Assembly (NCBI GenBank): GCA_902521725.1
Contig: CABYTF010000002.1
Coordinates: 56,171-120,170, forward strand
Length of the DNA stretch: 64,000 nucleotides
Direction: 5' to 3'
DNA from: an uncultured Gammaproteobacteria bacterium
Lineage (GTDB): Bacteria; Pseudomonadota; Gammaproteobacteria; GCA-002705445; GCA-002716945
Shown here piece after piece: positions 1 to 10,515 of this stretch (position 1 is the stretch's first letter; each line of letters starts with the position of its first letter). The position numbers and the translations under genes were made by a program. Under the pieces are notes generated by a model that ran no database searches, was not told the origin of the DNA, and was given only the letters and a program-made list of their open reading frames with translations.

Positions 1-213
1 CACCTTGGATGTTCACCACTATACAAACCAGGCAAGAATAAGGACCTAGGATTAGAGTGGAAAGGAGGATTTTTTTGTCCATGCCATGGCTCGAAATTCG
101 ATTTATCAGGAAGAGTGTTTAAAGGTATGCCAGCAGGTACTAATCTAGAGGTACCTCCTTATTACTTTGCTAGTGATACTAAACTTATCGTAGGGGAGGA
201 TAGAGCATCATGA
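1..213 (+). CDS. petA: ubiquinol-cytochrome c reductase Rieske iron-sulfur subunit, C-terminal fragment (5' end outside window)
   Basis: Frame 1 reads HLGCSPLYK...[35 protein letters not shown]...RAS*. Both Rieske 2Fe-2S boxes are visible (HLGC and CPCHGS). TGA 211-213 overlaps the petB ATG (ATGA). Confidence 0.9.
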   Translation, partial: HLGCSPLYKPGKNKDLGLEWKGGFFCPCHGSKFDLSGRVFKGMPAGTNLEVPPYYFASDTKLIVGEDRAS

Positions 214-1427
214 GCAAATTTGTAGCATGGATTGATCAGAGACTGCCAGTCAGTAAATTTGTCAAGAATCATCTATCAGAATATTATGCGCCTAAAAACT
301 TTAACTTCTTCTATTTCTTTGGAAGTCTGGCCTTGTTTGTATTTATCTTGCAAATAATTACGGGAATATTCCTTACTATAAACTATAAACCTGATGCTGC
401 GTCTGCTTTCGCTTCAGTGGAATATATTATGCGGGATGTAGAGTGGGGCTGGCTAATAAGATACATGCATTCTACCGGAGCATCATTCTTTTTCATAATA
501 ATCTATTTACATATGCTTAGAGCATTGATGTACGGTTCATACAAAAAACCAAGAGAGCTTTTATGGCTATTTGGAATGTTCATATTTGTATTATTAATGG
601 CAGAGGCATTCATGGGTTATTTATTACCATGGGGTCAGATGTCCTACTGGGGAGCACAAGTTATCATCTCACTATTCGGCGCAATTCCTCTCATAGGGGA
701 GTCTTTAGCCTTATGGATAAGAGGAGACTATGTAATATCAGATGCTACCTTGAACAGGTTTTTTGCTTTCCATGTAATAGCATTGCCATTATTACTATTT
801 GCTGTCATCTACTTACACATAGCTGCGTTGCACACAGTAGGATCTAACAACCCAGACGGTGTTGAAATAAAAGCGAATAAAAATTCTGATGGTACGCCTG
901 TTGATGGAATACCATTCCATCCTTATTACACTGTCAAAGACATATTTGGCCTCGCTGTTTTCCTTACGATTTTTATGTTTGTGGTGTTCTTCATGCCCGA
1001 ATTCGGAGGCTTTTTCCTAGAAAAGGACAATTTCGTTCCTGCTGATCCGCTTAAAACACCAGAGCATATTGTCCCTGTTTGGTATTTTACACCTTTTTAC
1101 GCAATACTTCGTGCGGTACCTGATAAGCTGGGGGGAGTCATAGCAATGGGTCTAGCTATTTTCGTTCTATTTTTAATGCCATGGATTGACAGATGCAAAG
1201 TAAAGTCTATCAGATATAGGTCTTCCACCTATAAAATACTCCTTGCATCATTTGTCATAAGTTTTGTTGGACTTGGATACATTGGTATGCAAGCGCCTAC
1301 ACCGATTTTGACTGCTTTAGGCCGAACTTTTACTTTAATTTACTTCGCATTTTTTGTTGTCCTGTACTTCACCAGCAAAAATGAAAAAACAAAGCCAGTG
1401 CCAGAGCGAGTAACAATGCATGAATAA
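210..1427 (+). CDS. petB: cytochrome b of the bc1 complex
   Basis: 405-aa polytopic membrane ORF with cytochrome b signatures ([32 protein letters not shown]). Lies between the Rieske and cytochrome c1 genes. Confidence 0.97.
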   Translation: MSKFVAWIDQRLPVSKFVKNHLSEYYAPKNFNFFYFFGSLALFVFILQIITGIFLTINYKPDAASAFASVEYIMRDVEWGWLIRYMHSTGASFFFIIIYLHMLRALMYGSYKKPRELLWLFGMFIFVLLMAEAFMGYLLPWGQMSYWGAQVIISLFGAIPLIGESLALWIRGDYVISDATLNRFFAFHVIALPLLLFAVIYLHIAALHTVGSNNPDGVEIKANKNSDGTPVDGIPFHPYYTVKDIFGLAVFLTIFMFVVFFMPEFGGFFLEKDNFVPADPLKTPEHIVPVWYFTPFYAILRAVPDKLGGVIAMGLAIFVLFLMPWIDRCKVKSIRYRSSTYKILLASFVISFVGLGYIGMQAPTPILTALGRTFTLIYFAFFVVLYFTSKNEKTKPVPERVTMHE

Positions 1428-2142
1428 AGCTTATATATTTTTTTTATTATGCTTTATTTTGTCACCTCAAGCGTTCGGTGCATCGAATTCAGTCCAACTC
1501 AAACCCGTTTTAATAGATTTAGGCAATAAGGCATCCTTGCAAAGAGGTGCACAAATTTTCTTCAATAACTGCTCAGGCTGTCATACTCTTCAATATCACC
1601 GATACAGTAAACTTGTGAACGATTTGAGTATAACAGAGACAATGGTGAGATCGAATCTAATTCTTACTACACAAAAGAGTGGCGAACCAACAAAATTAGG
1701 ATCGACAATCACAAACTCAATAAATCACGACTCTATCAAAGAGGCATTTGGTGTAGTCCCACCCGATCTAACACTGACAGCTAGATCTAGAGGTCCTGAA
1801 TGGATATATACTTTTCTTACCTCATTTTATGAGGATAATTCTAGACCCATGGGCGTTAATAATATTTTATATCCGAACGTAAACATGCCTCATGTATTAT
1901 GGTACAAAGAGGGTCTAAAGACATATGATGAAAATAATCAACTTATTTTGAAAGTCGATGGTCAGTTGTCTCAAAAAGAATATGAACAAGAAATTACAGA
2001 CTTGGTCAACTTTTTAACATATGTTTCAGAGCCCGCGCAACTCGAGAGATATACAATTGGTTTTTGGGTGATGATATTCCTTGTATTTTTTGCTTTTATT
2101 ACTTATCTTCTTAAGATTGAATATTGGCGAGATATTAAATAA
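1420..2142 (+). CDS. petC: cytochrome c1
   Basis: 240 aa with a signal peptide, a single CSGCH haem-c motif, a PPDLT motif and a C-terminal TM anchor. Overlaps petB by 8 nt. Confidence 0.93.
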   Translation: MNKAYIFFLLCFILSPQAFGASNSVQLKPVLIDLGNKASLQRGAQIFFNNCSGCHTLQYHRYSKLVNDLSITETMVRSNLILTTQKSGEPTKLGSTITNSINHDSIKEAFGVVPPDLTLTARSRGPEWIYTFLTSFYEDNSRPMGVNNILYPNVNMPHVLWYKEGLKTYDENNQLILKVDGQLSQKEYEQEITDLVNFLTYVSEPAQLERYTIGFWVMIFLVFFAFITYLLKIEYWRDIK

Positions 2143-2759
2143 TGACATTACTGGCTAATCGTAGATCCGCAATACTTCTTTTTTCTCTTCCAAATTGCTT
2201 AGAAAGTCATCGCACTCGTATAGTCATAAAAGAAAAGGAGATATCAGCAGAAATTCATGAGGTTGACCTAAATACTATACCTGAGGAAATAAAAATTTTG
2301 AGCCCATATGATGAATATCCTTCATTAGTTGATAGAGAATTAGTATTACAAAACTCAAGAGTGATTATTGAGTATTTAGATGAACGTTTTCCCCATCCAC
2401 CCTTGCTCCCTGTAGATCCGATTTCAAGAGCTAAGTTTAGACTCGCATTAAATGAAATAGAGCACAATTGGTACTCAAAATACACAGAGGCATATCATGA
2501 TGATGTTCTTGACGATAACTTTGTAGCAGAAATCAAAAGTTATTTTCTTGAGATCGCGCCATTAATCAAAAAGAAATTCTTTATGAGCGATGATTTCGGA
2601 TTAGTCGATTGTAGTATTGCACCCTTACTTTGGAGACTAAAATCACTAGATTTTGACTTAGCTGAAAACAATAAAGTTATAGCCGATTATTCAGAGAGGA
2701 TATTTGATAGAGAAGCCTTTCAGGATAGTTTAACTGAGACAGAGAAAGAACTCTTTTAA
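2142..2759 (+). CDS. sspA: stringent starvation protein A (GST-like RNAP-associated protein)
   Basis: 205 aa, collinear with E. coli SspA as I remember it (LVDRELVLQNSRVIIEYLDERFPHPPLLPV). Its ATG shares a base with the petC TAA (TAATG). Confidence 0.9.
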   Translation: MTLLANRRSAILLFSLPNCLESHRTRIVIKEKEISAEIHEVDLNTIPEEIKILSPYDEYPSLVDRELVLQNSRVIIEYLDERFPHPPLLPVDPISRAKFRLALNEIEHNWYSKYTEAYHDDVLDDNFVAEIKSYFLEIAPLIKKKFFMSDDFGLVDCSIAPLLWRLKSLDFDLAENNKVIADYSERIFDREAFQDSLTETEKELF

Positions 2760-2796
2760 TTCTACTTAATTAACTTAATCCTTGTTTCTCTTAAGT

Positions 2797-3648
2797 ATGG
2801 CGAGATATGCTAGAGTAAATGATATGTATGGCAACTTATACTTAGTATCAACACCTATCGGAAATTTGGAGGACTTGACTTTTAGGGCACTTAAAATTCT
2901 AGGCAGTGTTGATATAATTCTGGCTGAGAGTGTTGAGAGAACAAAAAAGTTACTATCACATTACGATATTAATGCAAAAGTTATCTCATTTAACAAAGAT
3001 AATGAAAAAAGAAAAACCAAGAATGCTATTGCTTATCTTGAAGAGTCAAAAAATCTAGCCCTTGTAAGTGATGCAGGAACACCATCTATATCTGATCCCG
3101 GATTTTATTTATTATCTAAACTTGATGAGAAGATTAAGATAATCCCAATCCCTGGTGTATCCTCGATAACTTGTGCACTATCTGTATCTAAAATTCCGAT
3201 GAATAACTTTACTTTTCTTGGATTTCTCCCTAAAAAAGAAAACGATCGAAAAAATAAGTTAATGCAAGTATCTTCATCAGAATTACCTCTATGTTTATTT
3301 GAGAGCAAACATCGGCTATTGGATTTGCTCAAGGATATTAGTTTGATCTTTGGAGAGGATACAATGGTTGGTTTGTTCCGTGAGATGACAAAAATTTTTG
3401 AGACTATAACTCATAAAACCGTTACTGAGCACATATTTGATTTTAAAAAAAATACACCAAAAGGCGAGTTTGTTGTGATTGTCGCACCTAATCAACATGT
3501 AGAAATAGAAAAACCATATATATCAATCATAAAGAGATTGATCCTAAAAAACTTTTCCAATAAAGATATAGTCGATCTTATTAAGCCTGTTTCATCTGAT
3601 TCAAAAAAAGAAATATATAAAATTGTATTATCTATTAGACAAGGCTAG
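2797..3648 (+). CDS. rsmI: 16S rRNA (cytidine1402-2'-O)-methyltransferase
   Basis: Tetrapyrrole-methylase-fold motifs YLVSTPIGNLEDLT and SDAGTPSISDPG. The start is ambiguous (TTG 2782, ATG 2797 or ATG 2824). Confidence 0.85.
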   Translation: MARYARVNDMYGNLYLVSTPIGNLEDLTFRALKILGSVDIILAESVERTKKLLSHYDINAKVISFNKDNEKRKTKNAIAYLEESKNLALVSDAGTPSISDPGFYLLSKLDEKIKIIPIPGVSSITCALSVSKIPMNNFTFLGFLPKKENDRKNKLMQVSSSELPLCLFESKHRLLDLLKDISLIFGEDTMVGLFREMTKIFETITHKTVTEHIFDFKKNTPKGEFVVIVAPNQHVEIEKPYISIIKRLILKNFSNKDIVDLIKPVSSDSKKEIYKIVLSIRQG

Positions 3649-3696
3649 TAGTTTTGTCGTATCATTTAATTTTAGTGAAACTTACTAAAAATATAA

Positions 3697-3729
3697 AAAG
3701 ATGACTCATTTCGAGACATCTTTTTTTTT
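3697..3729 (+). terminator. rho-independent terminator after rsmI
   Basis: aaagatgActc-atttc-gagAcatcttt: an 11-bp stem with one A/A mismatch and a 5-nt loop, followed by a 9-T run. Confidence 0.8.
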
Positions 3730-3751
3730 ACTTAGATACAAGGAATCTTAA

Positions 3752-4876
3752 TTGAAATCGGCAGCAATACTAATCGATGACGGGACAATTATACCAGCTA
3801 AATCGATCGGAAGTGATCAAATAAGCGTCGGAGAAATAGTCTTTAATACGTCAATGACAGGCTACCAGGAAATCATAACTGACCCATCATATGATAGACA
3901 GATCATTACCTTTACAAATCCTCATATCGGCAATACTGGAATAAATTTTGATGATTATGAGTCTAATGAGAATGGATGTTCCGGCATTATTATGAGAAAT
4001 CATCCTACACACGACAGCAGTTGGAGAAAACAGCATAGTCTATTAGACTTTCTGCTAGATAAATCTTTAACAGCTTTGTGCTCAGTTGACACTCGATATT
4101 TAACATCACTTCTAAGAAAAAAAGGCTCTCTTAATGGATGCCTTGTCCCAGACATTAAAAAATTAGATGATGCCAAATTAGAATTATCAAAATTTTCTGG
4201 ACTCAGTGGGTTAGATTTAGCAAAAAAAGTTTCGACAAAAAAAATTTATACTTGGAACGAAGGGACTCATGCATTAATAAATGGTTCATCAAAAGAGAGT
4301 ACTAAAAGATATAACGTCTATGCTTATGATTTTGGAATCAAAAAAAACATTCTAAGAATCTTATATGATCTTGGATGTGACATAACTGTTATTCCTGCAG
4401 ACTATCCTTTTTCTGAACTTCAGGCAAAAAAACCGGATGGTGTATTTTTGTCTAATGGACCTGGAGATCCATCAGCATGCAACTATGCAATAGATAATAT
4501 TAGAGAACTAATCTCACACCGAATACCGATATTTGGGATTTGCCTAGGATTTCAACTAATGTGTTTAGCAAGTGAGGCCAGAACTTATAAGATGAAATTT
4601 GGTCACCATGGGGCTAATCATCCAGTGATTGATGTTGACACACAGAAGGTGTCAATAACTAGTCAGAATCATGGTTTTGCTGTTGACTCAGCATCACTTA
4701 ATAAAAATCATAAAACAACACATAAATCATTATTCGATGACTCCTTACAAGGTATTGAACTTATTGATTCGCCAGCTTACGGTTTTCAAGGCCACCCAGA
4801 GGCAAGCCCTGGACCGCAAGATATATATTATCTTTTTGAAAAATTTATTAACTCTATGGCTGATAATAATGCCTAA
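3752..4876 (+). CDS. carA: carbamoyl-phosphate synthase small (glutaminase) subunit
   Basis: 374 aa. Class-I amidotransferase motifs GICLGFQ and [15 protein letters not shown] start lies 9 nt after an AAGGA Shine-Dalgarno. Confidence 0.93.
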   Translation: MKSAAILIDDGTIIPAKSIGSDQISVGEIVFNTSMTGYQEIITDPSYDRQIITFTNPHIGNTGINFDDYESNENGCSGIIMRNHPTHDSSWRKQHSLLDFLLDKSLTALCSVDTRYLTSLLRKKGSLNGCLVPDIKKLDDAKLELSKFSGLSGLDLAKKVSTKKIYTWNEGTHALINGSSKESTKRYNVYAYDFGIKKNILRILYDLGCDITVIPADYPFSELQAKKPDGVFLSNGPGDPSACNYAIDNIRELISHRIPIFGICLGFQLMCLASEARTYKMKFGHHGANHPVIDVDTQKVSITSQNHGFAVDSASLNKNHKTTHKSLFDDSLQGIELIDSPAYGFQGHPEASPGPQDIYYLFEKFINSMADNNA

Positions 4877-7800
4877 GAATAATGATATAAGTAGTATTCT
4901 TGTGATAGGGGCTGGTCCAATTATAATTGGTCAAGCATGTGAATTTGATTACTCTGGTGTTCAAGCATGTAAGGCACTCAAGGAAGAGGGTATTAAAACA
5001 ATCCTAGTAAATTCTAATCCAGCAACAATCATGACTGATCCTGAAATGGCTGACAAAATTTACATAGAACCAATACATTGGAGAAATATAGAGAAGATCA
5101 TAGCCATAGAAAGACCTGATGCAATTCTCCCAACGATGGGAGGTCAAACTGCATTGAATACAACCCTCGATCTAAATAGACACAAGATTCTTCAGAAATA
5201 TGGTGTAAAAATAATTGGAGCCAGTGTCAACTCAATAGATATGGCTGAGGACAGAGAACTGTTTAAAAAAGCGATGGAGGACATAGGGCTCTTAACACCA
5301 AGAGCCCAGGTCGCAAAAGATTTCGATAAAGCATTGGTTATCCAGAAAGATATTGGCTATCCCATAATTATTAGACCTTCGTTTACACTGGGCGGGTCTG
5401 GTGGTGGAATAGCTTACAACAAACAAGATTTTGAAAAAATAGTCAAGAGAGGATTAGATCTATCACCCACAAATGAAGTGTTGTTAGAGGAGTCAGTAAT
5501 TGGTTGGAAAGAATTTGAAATGGAAGTAGTTAGGGATAAAAACGATAATTGTATAATTGTTTGTTCGATCGAAAACTTCGATGCAATGGGTGTACACACA
5601 GGAGATTCTATTACTGTTGCCCCTGCTCAAACTCTAACTGATAAGGAGTATCAAAATCTGAGAAATCAATCAATTCAAGTGCTCAGAAAAATAGGTGTAG
5701 ATACTGGAGGTTCGAATGTTCAGTTTGCTGTAAATCCTCAAGATGGAAAAATTTATGTAATTGAGATGAACCCAAGAGTATCTAGGTCATCCGCACTAGC
5801 ATCAAAAGCAACTGGATTTCCAATTGCCAAAGTTGCAGCCAAACTAGCAATTGGATATACACTTGATGAATTAAAAAATGACATTACAGGAGGAATTATT
5901 CCCTCTTCATTTGAACCAAGTATCGACTATGTCGTAACAAAAATACCCAGATTCGCATTCGAAAAATTCAAAGAAGCTGATCCACATTTAACAACCCAAA
6001 TGAAATCTGTCGGAGAAGTAATGGCAATCGGAGGCAGCTTTAAAGAATCTATTCAAAAGGCTTTAAGAGGTCTTGAGATAGGAATTGATGGACTATCAGA
6101 AATTCAATTTGAGGATTCGCTTTCATCCAAGGAGATACGTGATTTGATTTTTAAAGAGATATCAACTCCATCCTCCAACAGAATTCTTTATATTGCTCAG
6201 GCATTCAGAGTTGGTATGTCTGTAGATGACGTTTTTAATTTATGTTTTATAGATAGATGGTTTTTAGCTCAGATTAAAGAAATTGTTGATTCAGAAATGA
6301 GTCTTAAAAATAAATCACTAGAATCAATATCAGATAGTCTTCAGGATCTTAAGTTCGATGGCTTTTCAGATAAAAGGTTAGCAAATATTCTAGCTACAAC
6401 AGAGAGTGAAGTCAGAGACTTTAGACGCAGTAAGTCTATAAAACCTGTCTTCAAGAGAATAGATACGTGTGCCGCTGAATTTGAATCTTCCACAGCATAT
6501 ATGTACTCTACATATTCAGATTTTTGTGAATCCCATCCTACAAAAAATAAAAAGATTGTTATTCTTGGCGGTGGTCCTAATAGAATTGGCCAAGGCATTG
6601 AATTTGATTACTGTTGTGTCCATGCATCAATGGCACTGAGAGATGCTGGCTATGAGACGATAATGATTAACTGTAATCCAGAGACTGTCTCAACTGACTA
6701 CGATACCTCAGATCGCTTGTATTTCGAGCCACTTACAGTTGAAGACGTATTGTCTGTTATCGATATAGAAAAACCATGGGGAGTAATAGTTCAATATGGA
6801 GGACAAACACCTCTCAAGCTTGCCAGCGAGCTTGAAGAATGTGGAGTTAATATAATTGGTACATCCCCTGATTCTATTGATCTAGCAGAGGACAGAGAGA
6901 GATTTAAAGTTTTAATAGAGTCTCTCTCTCTGAGACAACCTTCAAATAAAACTGTCACTACAGTCCAAGAGGCAAAAGAATCTGCTGAAGGCATTGGTTA
7001 TCCCATTGTTGTAAGACCTTCATATGTACTGGGCGGAAGAGCAATGGAAATTGTCACTAACACATCTGATCTTGAGAAATACATGAAGGAGGCCGTAGAT
7101 GTGTCTGATGATTCACCAATCCTCCTAGATAAGTTTCTTAATGATGCAATTGAAGTGGATATTGACTTACTCTGTGATGGAGAAGAGGTTTATGTTGCTG
7201 GAATAATGGAGCATATAGAAGAAGCTGGAATACATTCGGGTGATTCAGGATGTTCACTCCCACCATACACGCTAAGTAATGACATAGTTGCTGAACTTAA
7301 AGAACAAGCCTCTAAACTTGCTATCGCTTTGAAAGTGATCGGATTGATGAATGCACAGTTTGCAATAAAAGACAATGAAATATTTCTCCTGGAGGCAAAT
7401 CCAAGGGCATCAAGAACAGCTCCATTTGTCTCGAAAGCTGTAGGTATACAATTAGCGAAACTTGGAGCGTTAGTTATGTCTGGTAAGAAAATTAAAGATT
7501 TAGATTTACCAAATAGACCGGACAACAGAGCATACTTTTCTGTAAAAGAAGCAGTCTTCCCATTTTCTAAATTCCCTGAAGTAGATGTTCTGCTTGGACC
7601 TGAAATGAAATCAACTGGTGAGGTAATGGGGTTTGGAAAAACTTTTGGAGAGGCATACTTCAAGGCTCAAAGAGCAGCTGGAGTGATTTTGCCAAAAGAA
7701 GGCAATGTGTTCATAAGTGTGAGAGACCATGATAAAGAACCAATTTGTGAAGTTGCATCAGAATTAATAGATATGGGATTTAAAATTTATGCAACATCAG

Positions 7801-8096
7801 GTACATTCAATTTTCTGATAGATTCAGGAATCGCTTGCTCCAAAATAAATAAAGTAAAAGACGGCCATCCACACATTGTTGATATGATAAAAAATAATGA
7901 GGTTCACTTAATTATAAACACCACTGAGGGAGCGAGATCTATTAAAGACTCTTTTTCAATTCGGAAAGAGGCTCAAAATCATAAAATATCACTTACAACT
8001 ACAGTTTCTGGAGCGAAAGCTTTTTGTAAAGCTATAAAATTTATCGATGACTTTGGAGCACAAGATTTAAAACAAAGGCATGAGTCAATCTTATAA
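4869..8096 (+). CDS. carB: carbamoyl-phosphate synthase large subunit
   Basis: Real start is ATG 4869 ([30 protein letters not shown]). The ORF-track start at 4671 lies inside carA. Duplicated ATP-grasp halves plus an MGS-like tail. Overlaps carA by 8 nt. Confidence 0.97.
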   Translation: MPKNNDISSILVIGAGPIIIGQACEFDYSGVQACKALKEEGIKTILVNSNPATIMTDPEMADKIYIEPIHWRNIEKIIAIERPDAILPTMGGQTALNTTLDLNRHKILQKYGVKIIGASVNSIDMAEDRELFKKAMEDIGLLTPRAQVAKDFDKALVIQKDIGYPIIIRPSFTLGGSGGGIAYNKQDFEKIVKRGLDLSPTNEVLLEESVIGWKEFEMEVVRDKNDNCIIVCSIENFDAMGVHTGDSITVAPAQTLTDKEYQNLRNQSIQVLRKIGVDTGGSNVQFAVNPQDGKIYVIEMNPRVSRSSALASKATGFPIAKVAAKLAIGYTLDELKNDITGGIIPSSFEPSIDYVVTKIPRFAFEKFKEADPHLTTQMKSVGEVMAIGGSFKESIQKALRGLEIGIDGLSEIQFEDSLSSKEIRDLIFKEISTPSSNRILYIAQAFRVGMSVDDVFNLCFIDRWFLAQIKEIVDSEMSLKNKSLESISDSLQDLKFDGFSDKRLANILATTESEVRDFRRSKSIKPVFKRIDTCAAEFESSTAYMYSTYSDFCESHPTKNKKIVILGGGPNRIGQGIEFDYCCVHASMALRDAGYETIMINCNPETVSTDYDTSDRLYFEPLTVEDVLSVIDIEKPWGVIVQYGGQTPLKLASELEECGVNIIGTSPDSIDLAEDRERFKVLIESLSLRQPSNKTVTTVQEAKESAEGIGYPIVVRPSYVLGGRAMEIVTNTSDLEKYMKEAVDVSDDSPILLDKFLNDAIEVDIDLLCDGEEVYVAGIMEHIEEAGIHSGDSGCSLPPYTLSNDIVAELKEQASKLAIALKVIGLMNAQFAIKDNEIFLLEANPRASRTAPFVSKAVGIQLAKLGALVMSGKKIKDLDLPNRPDNRAYFSVKEAVFPFSKFPEVDVLLGPEMKSTGEVMGFGKTFGEAYFKAQRAAGVILPKEGNVFISVRDHDKEPICEVASELIDMGFKIYATSGTFNFLIDSGIACSKINKVKDGHPHIVDMIKNNEVHLIINTTEGARSIKDSFSIRKEAQNHKISLTTTVSGAKAFCKAIKFIDDFGAQDLKQRHESIL

Positions 8097-8099
8097 AAT

Positions 8100-9320
8100 T
8101 TAAGAATTAAAAACACTTTCATTTATTTTATTCTCACTCGATGCAATGACGCAACTAATGCAAATATCACCGCTTACATTGACAGATGTTCTCATCATGT
8201 CTAGAAGCCTGTCTACACCTAGTAAAAGCGTAATTCCCTCTAGCGGTATACCTATCTGAGTGAAAATAACAGTAAGCATAATGATACCTGCACTTGGAAT
8301 CCCTGCTGTACCTATTGAGGCAATCGTTGCTGTAATAACAATCGTAACTATTTCATTTATTCCAAGATCAATTCCATAAAGGCTAGCCAAGAAGAAAGTA
8401 GCGCATCCTTGCATGATGGCAGTACCATCCATATTAATTGTTGCTCCCAGAGGAACCGTGAAAGTACCTATCGACTTATCTATCCCATACTTTTCCTCAG
8501 CAGCCTTCAATGTAAATGGTATTGATGCACTACTACTTGACGTACTAAAAGTAAAAATAACTACATCCTTTAAGTTTTGAAAGAACTTAACTGGGTTTAA
8601 GGCGGTAAAAAATTTGATTAAGATTGAAAAAGTGAATAAGAAATGAAATAAGAGTACAAAAACAACAGTAAAAAAGTATCCTGCTAATGACATTATAGTT
8701 TCTATACCTTGTGTTGAAAAAGTTTTTGCTAGAATACAGAATACTGCTATTGGCGTGAATGATATTATTAATTTTACAAGTTCATTGATAACATCGTTAA
8801 AATCATAGAAGTACTGAATAAAAGTTTTAATTCTATTTTTTATTTTTGCTGCGGATATCCCTATCAATACTGCAAAAATTAGTAAATGAATTATATTGCC
8901 ATCAGATAATGACTTAAAAATATTATTGGGGAATATGTTTCCATCAGTTTCAATGTTTTCGATGTTTATAACACTGTCTAAGTTTTTCATCTCAATCGGT
9001 TCATAATTCATAAAAGATGAAAACAATAGACCAAGTGAAATTGCGATTACAGTCGTAGTGGTGTATAACAATAATGTTTTTATACCTAATCTTGATATAG
9101 AGACATCATCTGATAAGGATACAATGCCGCATACTATCGAGAAAAATATTAGAGGTACTATAATTAATTTTAGTGATGATAAAAAGAGGTAAGAGACTAA
9201 ATCTAATAAATTAATTACATAGGTGCCCGAGGAAGATTCAACTAAACTAGTAAGATTAAAAGTAACGCCGATCAAAATACCCAAAATCATTGAGACAATG
9301 ATCTTCTTTGTAAATGACAT
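8100..9320 (-). CDS. dicarboxylate/amino acid:cation (Na+/H+) symporter, DAACS family
   Basis: 406-aa polytopic ORF with DAACS signatures (SSSASIP, GATINMDGTA, RTSVNVSGD). Substrate cannot be told from sequence. Confidence 0.85.
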   Translation of the reverse strand: MSFTKKIIVSMILGILIGVTFNLTSLVESSSGTYVINLLDLVSYLFLSSLKLIIVPLIFFSIVCGIVSLSDDVSISRLGIKTLLLYTTTTVIAISLGLLFSSFMNYEPIEMKNLDSVINIENIETDGNIFPNNIFKSLSDGNIIHLLIFAVLIGISAAKIKNRIKTFIQYFYDFNDVINELVKLIISFTPIAVFCILAKTFSTQGIETIMSLAGYFFTVVFVLLFHFLFTFSILIKFFTALNPVKFFQNLKDVVIFTFSTSSSSASIPFTLKAAEEKYGIDKSIGTFTVPLGATINMDGTAIMQGCATFFLASLYGIDLGINEIVTIVITATIASIGTAGIPSAGIIMLTVIFTQIGIPLEGITLLLGVDRLLDMMRTSVNVSGDICISCVIASSENKINESVFNS

Positions 9321-9829
9321 TATTGATCTAGGGAGTTTAAAGCGGCTTGATAGTCTGGTTCGTTAGCAATTTCTGAGACAAGCTCGGAATGAAGTATTTT
9401 GTTCTCAGGTGATATTGTAACAACAGCTCTCGAGGTTATGCCAGATAGAGGACCATCAATAAGGAGTACCCCATAGTCTTTCGCAAAATTACGCGATCGC
9501 ATCATGGAAACTGGTATAACATTTTCCAGTGACTCAGAGGTACAGAACCGCTTCATGGCAAAAGGAAGATCACAAGAAACTATCAACATTACAGTGTTGT
9601 CAAGTTTTGACACTTTTTCGTTAAAAATTAGTGTTGATTTTTGACACACTGGCGTATCTAAGCTGGGCACGATACTTAAAATCTTATTTTGATCCTCATA
9701 ACTAGCAAGGCTTACATCATTAAGATCAGAATCAACTAAAATAAAATCTGGAGCAGATTCTCCAGCTTTAACTATTTCTGAATTAGTATTAACTTCATTT
9801 CCTTTCAGTGTTACTTTAGCCATTGACAT
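9320..9829 (-). CDS. tpx: thiol peroxidase (atypical 2-Cys peroxiredoxin)
   Basis: 169 aa. Peroxidatic Cys in SLDTPVCQ and resolving Cys in VSCDLPFAMKRFC, as in E. coli Tpx. TAATG overlap with the downstream symporter. Confidence 0.92.
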   Translation of the reverse strand: MSMAKVTLKGNEVNTNSEIVKAGESAPDFILVDSDLNDVSLASYEDQNKILSIVPSLDTPVCQKSTLIFNEKVSKLDNTVMLIVSCDLPFAMKRFCTSESLENVIPVSMMRSRNFAKDYGVLLIDGPLSGITSRAVVTISPENKILHSELVSEIANEPDYQAALNSLDQ

Positions 9830-9842
9830 AGATTATAACGTA

Positions 9843-10454
9843 ATGACTAAAAAGAAAAGTACAAAAAATTGGCTCAGGAAACACACAAAAGATAAATATG
9901 TTAAGATGTCTATGACATCTCGCTATAGATCAAGGGCATTTCATAAACTCCAAGAAATTGACGAAAAGTACAAAGTTATTAAGTCTGCTAATAGCATTAT
10001 TGATCTTGGAGCATCACCTGGATCTTGGTCAGAATATATATCACGTAATTATAGGCAAAAAAAACTTATTGCCGTTGACCAGATAGTAATGGAGCCAATT
10101 GAAGGTGTTAAATTTATTCATGGTGATATAAATAACTCTGAGCATAGAGATAAAATTAAGCAAATTATAACAAATGCTGACCTTGTTTTATCAGATATTG
10201 CCCCTAACATTACTGGTATAGAAGATGTTGATCAAGCTCATTTTTTTGAGATATTTGAATCGATTTCAAGTATATGCTCAGATTTTCTTAATAAAAAAGG
10301 AATTTTAGTTATGAAGTTTTTTAATGGATTATCGTGTGATTCAGTAAAAATGAGATTGAAAATGCTATTTAATGAAGTAAACACTTATAAACCTGATTCA
10401 TCTAGGTCTAGAAGTAATGAGGTTTTCTTTGTTTGTATTGGCTATAAAGACTGA
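9843..10454 (+). CDS. rlmE: 23S rRNA U2552 2'-O-methyltransferase
   Basis: 203 aa. N-terminus collinear with E. coli RlmE/FtsJ. SAM motif DLGASPGSWS. Conserved position upstream of ftsH. Confidence 0.92.
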   Translation: MTKKKSTKNWLRKHTKDKYVKMSMTSRYRSRAFHKLQEIDEKYKVIKSANSIIDLGASPGSWSEYISRNYRQKKLIAVDQIVMEPIEGVKFIHGDINNSEHRDKIKQIITNADLVLSDIAPNITGIEDVDQAHFFEIFESISSICSDFLNKKGILVMKFFNGLSCDSVKMRLKMLFNEVNTYKPDSSRSRSNEVFFVCIGYKD

Positions 10455-10515
10455 TATGATTGAAATTAATGTTTAATAATGTCAAACTTAGAATGATTCT
10501 AAAAAAGGAGTATTA

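Noticed and set aside
4671-4868. N-terminal extensions offered by the ORF track for carB (4671), nuoB (17423), lptG (53003), parC (60698) and infB (33214)
   Set aside because: The extensions overlap the preceding gene and translate to non-homologous sequence. Conserved N-termini begin at the internal ATGs (4869, 17444, 53042, 60737, 33226), which sit in typical stop/start-overlap positions.
9823-9828. Perfect TTGACA hexamer in the tpx/rlmE junction as the rlmE -35 element
   Set aside because: No acceptable -10 hexamer occurs 16-18 bp downstream. That position falls on ATGACTAAAA, inside rlmE.
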